From contig OZ365112.1 in assembly GCA_977030845.1 (NCBI GenBank), forward strand, positions 13,888,001 to 13,952,000: a stretch of 64,000 nucleotides of DNA. The letters are read 5' to 3'. Positions 1-10,405 of this stretch are shown piece by piece. The notes beneath the pieces are model-generated. The model did no database searches, was not told where the DNA came from, and saw nothing but the letters and a program-made list of their open reading frames with translations. Position 1 is the stretch's first letter; each line of letters starts with the position of its first letter. The DNA is from Fimbriosthenelais zetlandica. Taxonomy: Eukaryota. Made by a program: the position numbers and the translations under genes.

Positions 1-508
1 TCTATTTCCTTTCCTACTTTTCCATTTTTACACGGTCATCTCACTGGGGAATATTTGTAAGTGGGGACAGTGTCCATTCCGCCTGCTTCACGGGCCAATA
101 GGATGGAGATTGAAGTCGGGATATAACACTTAGACCCAAGTTATAAGGTGACAGTGGCAATTGGGAGGTCAGTTTCCTTCTGGTTGAGACGAGGGCATTT
201 CCACCCGGAGTAATGGGCCTTGCTTAACCAGACCCAAGCCTTCTCATCTAACTTTGTAATAGCAGGTAAATTAGCCGATCTCGGCCCGAGGTGTCCCTTC
301 TGCCATTGAAAGGAATTTGCCTCTGCTGGCAAGGTCGTGGAAACGTCCTATAGGCTTGGCCGTACAATTTGCTTCTTATTGTACTGTTCATTCACGCCCT
401 GAGCCCACCCAATATCCTGGGTATTAGCTGGGCCTTGGAAGCTTTGGGGGAAAAACGAAAGGCAGGGGCTGGGAGTACATATATGGATGGGAGAAATAAT
501 ATGGTTGT

Positions 509-606
509 GGGGGAGGGGGAGAAGGAAGGGAAGGGCGAGGCATGGAAGGAATAGAGGAAGGTGAAGGAAAGAAGGATTAGAAAGGTGAAGGAAGGAAGAT
601 GATTTG
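509..606 (+). repeat. Purine-rich low-complexity tract
   Basis: Mostly G/A sequence with repeated GAAGG and AAGGTGAAGGAA units. Confidence 0.8.
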
Positions 607-2875
607 AAGATGAGGGAGTGACTTGCGATATGCAGTAACTAATTAAAGAACAATTATAATAAAGAAAATAGGTTGCGATTGGAACCATAGGTACAAGGGA
701 GAAGAAACGTTAGTATAGGCAATGGTAGGATTGGAGGGGAATAAATGATAGAAGAAAGATGAATGGAATATCCTGGGAATTGGAAGGCACACATTTGCCC
801 TCCAGATGTGACCTTGGATCTTTGTTTGGCTGTGATGCATTATCTGATCATTTGGACCTGGAGTTCGTTTCCGGTTCCCTAGACCGGAATTAAATCCATC
901 TATCAGGTGAAGCAATAAGAGAAATCCCCGAGAAAATCAGATGGGGATTTACAGTAAACCTGGGACCCTCACGGTTTTGTTGTGGGTATATATGTAGGTC
1001 TCTATACATATGAAGGTATACTTCAATATTATCTCACCATTTTTATACATTTATATTTTCAATTATTATCAAAGAGTGCATCATGGGAGAGCAATGGCTG
1101 ACTTCAAAATCTGAAGGTCATTTAGACATGACCATTTTGACCTGGCTCTGCTGCTGAGTGGAGCTGGAGGAGGCAGTCCTATATTGCATTAAGGTTGACC
1201 ATTGACGAATGGAGGGGGAAGCTTTTACATGCAGGTGCCAACATATCGCCTTTACCTACATACATCCATACTCCACCATGCGGGCTCAGCCGACCCCAGC
1301 GCTTAAACCATCCAATAAACAAGCCATCCCACCCCCGATCCTCACCAAAGCCAGCGATTTACACCCGTCTCTGAAATATTGATTTAAAACCTTGCCACTA
1401 ACCCTCCCCACCACCACCCTCCCCCACCCCCGCCTTGCCTCCAGCTCCTTCGTCCATCTATCAGAGAGCGACGAATGGTCGGTCGATCGCCGTTAAATTA
1501 CTGCCTAGCAATGCCTGAAAATAATGATACACGTCCGATTTGTAATCGATCGAAATCTTTCAATATTCACTTGCGGATTAATCGCGCGAACGGAAACAAA
1601 CGACGTGGATGCACACTTTGGACAGGGTGAAAATTATTTCTCTGATTGTAAATATCGCCTGTCTCTTTGTGATCTATGCAATGACAAATGAATGAGTCTT
1701 CACTCGGCCTCCCGCGCTCCCAAAGGGTAATCGACGGTTGACCTTGGGGTCGAAAAAATTGATTGTTTACAATGGTAAGTTGTCATATAAAGAACAGGCT
1801 TCCATAAATTGTGACATAAAAAGTATGTGTTAGGTTCATGCCATAAAAAAGATTCATTATTGCTTTGCATACTACTATGGCGGCCTCCCGTGTTTACAAA
1901 CATGGTGTCGCAATATTTATATTAGACGAGAAAAGAAAGAAAATATCTTCTAATTCTTTCTGAAAACAACTTGAAACATCCTAAATGACGTATTAATATG
2001 TCAATCCCTGACAGAAATATATGGGTATAATTTACAATATATATTTTCCGTTTGAAGTATTTCCAAGCTATGCTATCCCACCATTGGAGTCTCATGAATA
2101 AATTCGCCCATTTGGTACCCAAGGGGCGGGGCTTGGGAATTGCCCAATCAGAAATGAGAAGGGCAGTAGCGCGATGCAAAGAAATTGGACGCGATGTATT
2201 CGTGCATATGGTCAATGTACACTCATCGCGCTGTGAATTTGCCCATTTGTTATGGGTGTGAATGGGGTGTGGGGCTATTTATGGCTATTGAAAAGGGCGC
2301 AGTGGAGGAGAAAGGGCTTTGGGGGCATTGATGAGCTCCATATTTCTTGTGGGTTGTAATTTACCAGTTCAAAGGTTATCACTTCAAACAATGTAATACA
2401 AGTAAGATATAACATTGGATCTTCATTAATCAAAAACAATTTCTGTCACTGCAACTCTTCGTGTTTTAAGGGCTTTTTCGTTAGTCTCTATTCATTTGCC
2501 ACATGGGCCTATTTCATAATCTGTTCATGTGTTCCCATTATGTTTTGGGTTGTAAGCCTCAGAGGTATTTGACCCACAAATGAAAAATCATAGGAATGAG
2601 GAATTGTATGTTTGTGGACATGTTTCTATGATAGTCCAATTGCTGAGATCTAGACCTCTACAGTAGGCAGTAGGTAATTATAAACATGAAAGGTCCTATA
2701 GCATTTTAGGCAGCATTATTAACATGGCTGAACCAAATTTAAAAGCTCTCACATCTTTTTAAATTGGACATACAACTAATACATCTCTAATTTCACCTCA
2801 CCTAAAAGCTGCCCTTGCTTTTCATCCAGAACTAAAACGTACTGTGTAGAAAGCTCTTGCCACAAATAAGTAAAA

Positions 2876-4149
2876 GTTGCCTTGGAAACCAGTTGTGACT
2901 TGGCCAGAGAGCTTTCTCTGCCACAGCCTAACCCCAATCCTAAGTGCACATTTTAGGTGAGCATGGGAGTGGAAGAAATCCCTAATTGAGTAAAATTCTC
3001 ACGCGTCCCTTCTATCTACCTCCCCAACGAAGGCTGGACAAATCCCCACTGCCCCTCTATACTCTTTCTCGCCCCTTCTTTCTCTTTCTCTCCGCTGTCC
3101 AGTCCTTCAATACAATAAAGCCCTTTGCCTAAAAAGCTAATTCTATCCCACCAGCCGTCTTAATATTCTATCTGGATCCGTTGCTATAGTAACGGGGGAT
3201 GGCATGGGTAGGGTTGCTTTTCTTGGGAGGAGTGCAGGTGAAGTGATGGTGGGGGAATTAGGGTCGTTTGTCATGCTTAGGAGGGCGCTCCGGATGCCAA
3301 GCACGGGGCTAGACGGCCCACTGGATTGGCCCGTATTTAATTGGAGTGGAGTGCTGAGGGTAGGGCTCACTATCAAGACTCGAAGCGTGAGGAATTTAAA
3401 ATGTAAATTGCCCATACATAGGAGAGAAGTTTTTGTTGAGGCCTCTTTTTATATAGCAGCTCATCCTTCTCTTTCTCTCTGAGCCCTCTTAACTCCTATT
3501 CTTGCCCATTCTCTACATGTCATAGCTTCTGTTTTTCTTTATCCATGTCCATTATCTTCATCCCTGTTCTCGGACCCAGTCCCTTATCTTATCCTTGGCC
3601 TTGATCAGTACCTTGCATGTGGATTTTGTAGGGATCTTTGGGGTGTGTTGCAAAAGAAAGATGTGCTGGATTAATCTATACATTAGTGTCAAATTTAATG
3701 ACTTGATAAGTACCACTTGTTATGAAACAGGCCCAGGCGTGGAACCTAGAAACCAAAGACAGTGCAATGTACTTTTCATCCTGCTCATATTGCCGGGTCC
3801 AAGGTTCATATTCCACAACCTTGCACCCAGTAACCACATGCAACCCATCTCCCCCTGAAAGAACTAGTTCTCAACCATTAGACTAAGCGTATAGGGTACC
3901 ACAGACTTAATTTTATTACCCTTTATCTGTGATAGAGCGGGATAGGGCTGATGGAGTTACCCGGGTCACTCCAAACGAGAAAGAAAAAATAAAAATGAAA
4001 ACTAAAAATCTCACGGATCCTTGGTCTAGAAGATTACTTCTGGGTTTTCTCACCAGGCGGCGGGTAGGGTTTCTGAGGCAGTGCATCACGTGACCACCAC
4101 TTGCAGCAGTGCCTGAGTAGGCTAGAGTGTAGTAGGTTGCTATGGCAAC
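2876..4149. promoter_or_regulatory. Cluster of three RFX X-boxes plus an E-box
   Basis: GTTGCCTTGGAAAC (2876-2889), GTTGCTATAGTAAC (3180-3193), GTTGCTATGGCAAC (4136-4149), and TCACGTGA (4086-4093). Confidence 0.55.
3640..3736. mobile_element. Degenerate TIR mini-element, same family
   Basis: GGGGTGTGTTGCA ... TGAAACAGGCCC. The right TIR is intact and the left one is diverged. Confidence 0.4.
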
Positions 4150-6339
4150 GGGTATAGAGGTTTGAATAAATCTAATCAGCAAGGGAGGTGTTGATCAATG
4201 AAGAGGGAAGAGGGTTTGTGCACATGGACTGCATGCAAACTGTAGAGCGTTCTTATGAAGAAAGGTATAATGGAACGATTCTTATACCTCCCTTCCAGGC
4301 AACGGCGAGAGCGCTCGTTGCGTAGGCCTACTATATCCAAAGCCATTCTCTGATAAATACCCATGACAAAGAAGGACATGATGAATTTGGCAATTAAGCT
4401 AAGCACTATCATCTGTAATAAAATCCTTCCCATTCCATGATGTTAATCTAGGCTTCACTGCCTTGACCTTCTGAGAAATTAAGGATAGAAATGTTAACAT
4501 CAGTTCAGCATTATACACTCACAGCCAATCACAGCTTATCAATTTAGGTCACTTACTAATTGGGTCAAATTTCCTGGGTGCCAAACAATATGTACCAACC
4601 CCAATTATTGATCAATTAAGGTTAATGACATGGATTCTCAAAGGTGATAAGATTGAGTTTGGGTACATTTAAGGGGGATTTAGGGGTGAGTAATTTAGTA
4701 TAATTGTTTCTAGGATGAATGATTATTATCATATCAGGAGGAAATTAAAAGACGTAATGGATCTGTGGTAGGGGTGTCTCTTATCACACTTACGAATAAT
4801 TCCTTTTATTCTTTCTTTTTTTTTGTGATTCAGCAAGCAGTGATGCTCGAGATGTATTATAGGGTATGTATCAATTTTTTCGCTTCGTATTTGTTAGTCC
4901 CAACTTCTACTGATATCTCTTCTGAAAAAAGTTGATAAGTAATCTGATTGTAAATTTCCCCAATGTTATCAAATATTTGAGAACCAATGTTCCATACATT
5001 TTTCTTTGGAGAGAGACAGTTTTTCACATTGTGCATGCTCATTTGTCATACATCTCACTTTCACAAATGCCTGTCAGCACTTTCATATACAATACCTTTT
5101 TCAGTGACCCTCGGCAGGGAATTCCATGCTTCAGTGAACACCAAGATGTCTGAGACTAATTTTACCTGTCAAACCCGAGGCCACACCCTCTATTCCCTAT
5201 TGGTCAGTCTCATTTGAAAGTATGTATATTCCAGAGAAGATATTTAATGAATATACATAGACTGTCCCTTTATTGTCAATGAAGCGAGGACATGTGGGTA
5301 TAAGGTATGATTACCTTTAGCCCTTCAAACTCCCGTCATTAAATCACAGACATTCATGACAGCAAAGAAGAAAGAAACCATGCAAGTTCTCTCACCAAGA
5401 CAAACACGAAGGTGTGGTTATTTGACAATAGTGATTGATTGGTTCCCAAGGACAAAAGGCCAGCCCGGTAAGTTGCTCTTTAGATTTGGGGTTTTAAGAA
5501 AGTATAGGTTGTCAAGAAATGATGTATCATTCCTGATACCTTTTCCCCCTTTCACTCATTGCCCAGTAGCAGGTTGGATAGGGTGGGACCTATACGTGAT
5601 TGGTTCTAATGATAACCCACTAAGTCTTATTTACCTGATACTTGCCAATAAATCCACACTCATCAGCCAGATGGTAAGATGGACAAGAGGCAGTGGAATG
5701 TGTTTCAGCCAAATTACCCGGCGCCAATTCCTGCTACAGATCTGTGACTTTAAAAAGGGCCCTGCTCAATAGATCACGAGGATGGTACACATGTGGATGG
5801 TGCTAATTGTATATGTGGATACTTTTAATTCCAATGCCGTGGAGGGCCGGATGGGAGGAAGGCTTATCGTAAATCTGCACCCACTCACCCCTCAGGCTTG
5901 GCCAAACAGAAGGATACTATGGGAGCTCTGTAATTTTCAAATAATTCCCTCGTGTGGAATTACACAAGCTGTCTTCAATTGCCTTTCGTGTAGGAATGCT
6001 GCAATTTGGCAGGTGTAATTTTTGACAGGGGATTGTGTGAAAGTTGTTTTTGAGGGGCATGAAAGGACACCATGTGTGTAATGTGGTCAGTGTAATACGC
6101 CATAGAAGCATCAGTCACCACGTGGTCTGACCACAGTTTACAACCTGTTATCACCCCTAACACCACCATGAGCACGCCATCATACATACATGGACATTCC
6201 AGGTCATTTTACCAAATAAAAACCCAGGATTTACTCTTCCAGATTCACACACATACATATATTTTTTGTTAAGAATTGTGATATAAAAAACGGTCAATTC
6301 GTTTAATTTCAAACCTACAGCATCACTGAATGCGTGAGA

Positions 6340-6500
6340 AAGAGGTCATGGGGTGCACCAATCACACCAATGAAGTTGTATTTGACCAATCAGAGCGAAG
6401 CATCTGTAGCGCCACCTACCTGATAGTGGTGGGTGGCGCGGAACTAAACTAATGCACAAATCATTTGGCCTTGGATGAAGAGGGTCAAGGGTCAAACAAA
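6340..6500 (+). promoter_or_regulatory. Promoter-like motif cluster (candidate pri-miRNA promoter)
   Basis: Three CCAAT boxes (about 6358, 6367, and GACCAATCAGAG at 6384-6395), CTCF-like TAGCGCCACCTACCTG (6407-6422), a GC-box-like GGGTGGCGCGG and a DR1 GGGTCA-A-GGGTCA (6482-6494). Confidence 0.45.
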
Positions 6501-7662
6501 TATCGCTGCCTCGGGAAAAAAACGATTCTCATCGGCAAAAACTGTTACACTGATTTGCACCAAATTCTTTGCCTGCACCTTTCAGGAATTTTTCAACAAT
6601 CTTCGTTTCAAGTATCTTCTTTTCAAGTGGTGAAAAATTTCCCAACCCCAACTTTCTTCTGTCAATTATTAACAAAATTGCCAATAACAGATTGTTGTTG
6701 AAAGGAAAACGCTGAATAGTTTTGGTGGAATATGGTCAACATGAAAGTGAAAGTAGTTCAAGACCTTTCTTTGCCAGCAAATTTGCGTGACCAAAGTAAC
6801 AGCAATTGTATGTATTTTGGATATATATTGCAGGCTGTTTTCCTTTGAATGTATCGATTTCTTTTTTACTTTGCGGTTGTAAAGGAGCACTTAAAATCAA
6901 AGAATTTGATCGATCCTTAAGAATTTCTAGCATTGAATTTGGACTGCTGCTAATTTTGTTGTGGAATTGCTTTTGAAAGCCTGAGTGATTTTCGAGTGAA
7001 TTCCTAGTGACTATTCTTGAGAATCTTCTGCTAGTTTGTATGCTGCCCTCGTCCCTTCCACTATGTATTTGGACCTAAATTTCTTGCTCTGTCAGCCTCC
7101 AAGTGACTTTCATCAGGTGCGCGAGGAGGAAAAATTTTGAAATACGAGCGACCCACTCTCCTTGCCTTCCAAAAGACATGTGTCAAATGTCTTCGACGCG
7201 GATCCATCATGATTATTATAAATGGAATGTCTACGGCGTCGGAATACTTCATTTCTAGCTTGGCCAAGCCATTCATATCGCCAGACGTTTACAAATGATG
7301 CTGGGAGGCGGGGTGGGACACAACTGAATTCGCCTCTCCTTCGTCATTGTCTTGAGGAAGGTAGAGAAGGGAAGACATGATCTATACCTCCCAGCCAGTT
7401 TGGCCATCGAGATAAGAACGGTAAATCATGTACGTCATTATGATTTATCTCAGTCTTTAATGAAAATATATCTACACTGATGAAACGCGTCCACGTCAAC
7501 AGGTGATTTACCGTAAATAAGAAAAAGATGGCTTCATTTGGGCAAAACATTCATTCATGATGACCGATTTTAGCCTGGTTTTGTTTGACTTTTTGAAATC
7601 CCCACAGCATCTGTAGAAATTGCCATGACCTTTACGAAACCTTCAAATCTCCATAGATTATT

Positions 7663-7682
7663 AAAAAAAAAAAAAAAAAAAA
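7663..7682. repeat. Poly(A) run (20 nt)
   Basis: Uninterrupted A20. Confidence 0.95.
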
Positions 7683-10345
7683 TATTGAGCTCTTTTTCAA
7701 ATTTCTATTGGGATTTTCATTTCATGTACCAAGGAAAAGACAATGTGAATCGAATTAATTCGATTGCTCTTGTAATTTGGCTGATCCATAAAAATGAAAC
7801 CGTGATAATTATTTCTTGAGGAGTCCAGTAGAAAAGCCAAAAAATAATATTGGAAATGGAAACAGAAAGGCTGGTGAAGGTTTAACATTTAGAGAAAGGT
7901 CGTAACCGGCACAGGTGTCAGGAAAAAATTGTGGCTTCGCTAAGAAAGAAGTATTTCTGTGAGGCTGAGATGGAGAAGGAGGAGGAGGGCGGAGAAAGGG
8001 AGATTTGTTAAGATTTCGGGCACGCCGTCCCTTGAATAGTGAATGGGGAAGGGCGCTTAGGTTTATGTCAGTTGTGGACCATTCATTTTGCATTTTAACA
8101 GCGAACACTTGGTGAATAATATACATGATATATGGCAGGCTCATCGCCACTCCTCCTCCTCCTGGGACTCAGAAGGGCCTTTCTTTTCCTCCAGGTTGCT
8201 CAGTCTTGCTTGGCTAGGGGCGACACGGCGTCTCCTACTCTAATGGCGACAATATTTTCTCCTCCATGCCATGCCTGGAGAATCGTCTGCATGGAGGAAA
8301 AGCAGGAGGAGGAGAAGAAGGAGAAGTAGGAGCAAGGGCTGGAGGAGGAGGATCCAGGTGGCATGGAAGACAATTCCCCCAGGTGGGGGGAAGAGTGCCC
8401 TTTGAATGGAGGGCTTCGGACAGGTGCCCTTTCAGCAGGTGTCCCGACCTTTGTGGGGCCGCAATGAATACGTGGCTATTAATCAGAGGGGGAGTGAGGA
8501 CGCGGACACCACACAACCCACTGGAGGCATATTCCAGCCTTTATCCTCCTCCTCCAGGCGCTCTCGCGCCAGCCCTCCTCCAGCCCAGTAATGGCAGCGC
8601 CCGTTTCGCCTTTCCAGGTAAGAATTCACTATTCCCTTTCATTGCCAAGTCCCGTGTTAAAACGTGACAGGGCCTATTCCTCCTCCGCCCAAGCATTAAC
8701 ACCCTCACTGGCTTCATCGGGAAATTCAAACTGCCAATCTTCCCTTCTGACTCAACCAACCAGGCATACTAATGCAGCCGCCCCCACCCTTCACTGGCTG
8801 ACAGTCATACCCCCACCCCTACCTCACTGCCCACAGGGGTGAGAAGGGCCATGGCCCTTGACTAGGCCCTTCGGTCCTTACCGTCCCCTTTCCCCCTGTG
8901 CCCCTCAACTGTGATAGGGCCCCGGCAAAATAAGGAATAAGAAGCTCTGGAGGGAGCGTTACGTTTCATGACAACCTCTCTTCGATGGCTCACACAACAA
9001 GTGACCTTCACCTTGCCATATTTGCAACAAAAACAGTCACGTGATGCTGCCATCGTTTAGGGCCTTGTCCGAATCGGTGTCGGGTCAGAGCCTGGTCTCC
9101 TTTCTCAGTCTCTCCCTTTCACGCCACTTCCCACACGCAAAGCTCGCGAACTATTCCCAATTTATTATGCCAAACACAATCACAAATACCTGCTTTCTCA
9201 CGTGTTGTTTTGCCCACACTTTCTCACTCATTTTAACACTGAAAAGACGGCTTGTAATTTAACTTGGACTGACAATGAATGGTGCTTTGTGACAAAGGCT
9301 CACGTTCAATTTGATGGCGTTGAGAAAGCTATTAAAATGTCTTTCTTTATTTTGACTAACATAGTTAATTTGTGCATTTTCTTATATTACAAAAAAAGAT
9401 AGGGAATCTGAAAAAGGAAGAAAAGCTATTCATTTCGATCGAAGCAACTGTATAACTAACTGTATTGTACCAACTTTAACGAAATACTATTTCAGAATAT
9501 CACGCGTATACGGTTTAAGATGGGGAGGCACTTGTAAAATCACAGTGAGGAGATTTACAGTGTGGTTGACATGCTAACGGGTCACATGACATAAACATGA
9601 GTGGCTAATGGGGTTAGTGTTCATTCCCTCAACCCTGCTCTCCACACTCCTATGTAACACTGTTTTCTCATATCATCCTGCTTTGGTCTTTGTTAATAAT
9701 AAAATCTAAAGTTTTCCCTTTGATATTTCCAGAAAGTTCCAGTCCTATACTTTGTACATAATGAGGCACGAGGAATGCGTAGAATAATAAGCTTTCTGAA
9801 GCTTTCTGTAGCTTATACAAACTACTGCATTTAATATACTTATTTCCTCGCTAAATGTCGGTTTCCTTATGTGATTGTCTAATTGTATATTCAATACAGA
9901 TTGGAGAAGCAAGTTTTATGGTTGAAATCAGTTCTCGATCATTGTTCTAATATTTATATTTGATTGGATGAGTCTTTCCAGTATGTTCCAGTATATTGGG
10001 TTCTACCTTTTCGCTCTATTTCTCCAATAGAACTTTTAACCAAGCCGAAAAATTCACGCCACATAAAACTTGTAAATGTATAAATTACATATTTTCACGT
10101 CAGGGGTGAAGGGGGGCGTGGAAAAGATCCTATATGTATCTATAAAGAAAATAGAGGTAGGAGGGGTGAAAGCACAATGACATGCATTCTTCAATTCTTT
10201 TTTTTCAGCTGCCACCCTTTAAAAACTTGAATTTACAACGAAATAGTATTTGCCCCAGTGTTCAGAGGCTTCGATTGGGGGAGACATGGAAAAATGGCCC
10301 TCATAGAATTAACCTTGTATGAGCCTTGGTTCTAATAGACCACAT

Positions 10346-10405
10346 TTACCCTGTAGAACCGAGCGAGTGTTTCCACCGTTTCACCACTCGTTTCTCAGGG
10401 GGTAT
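10346..10405 (+). ncRNA. mir-10: miR-10 family pre-miRNA hairpin (predicted 5p about 10346-10368 UUACCCUGUAGAACCGAGCGAGU; 3p about 10384-10405)
   Basis: The 5p arm shares UACCCUGUAGAACCGA with miR-10b-type sequences. The 3p arm CCACUCGUUUCUCAGGGGGUAU resembles miR-10 star arms. By hand it pairs as a near-symmetric stem with a 12-nt loop (10370-10381) and a basal stem (AATAGA 10334-10339 with TCTATT 10410-10415). It has an apical UGU (10368-10370) and a CNNC motif CATC at 10421-10424. The Hox-cluster context fits. Confidence 0.9.

Noticed and set aside
7061-7276. Minus-strand ORF segment LTHVFWKARRVGRSYFKIF, faintly like MULE/FAR1 transposase
   Set aside because: 71 aa only, no downstream DDE motif and no TIRs. 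Most likely chance; an HMM search would settle it.
8266-8667. 133-aa G/P-rich ORF
   Set aside because: Low complexity from GGA repeats, no recognisable domain, overlapping ORFs on both strands.
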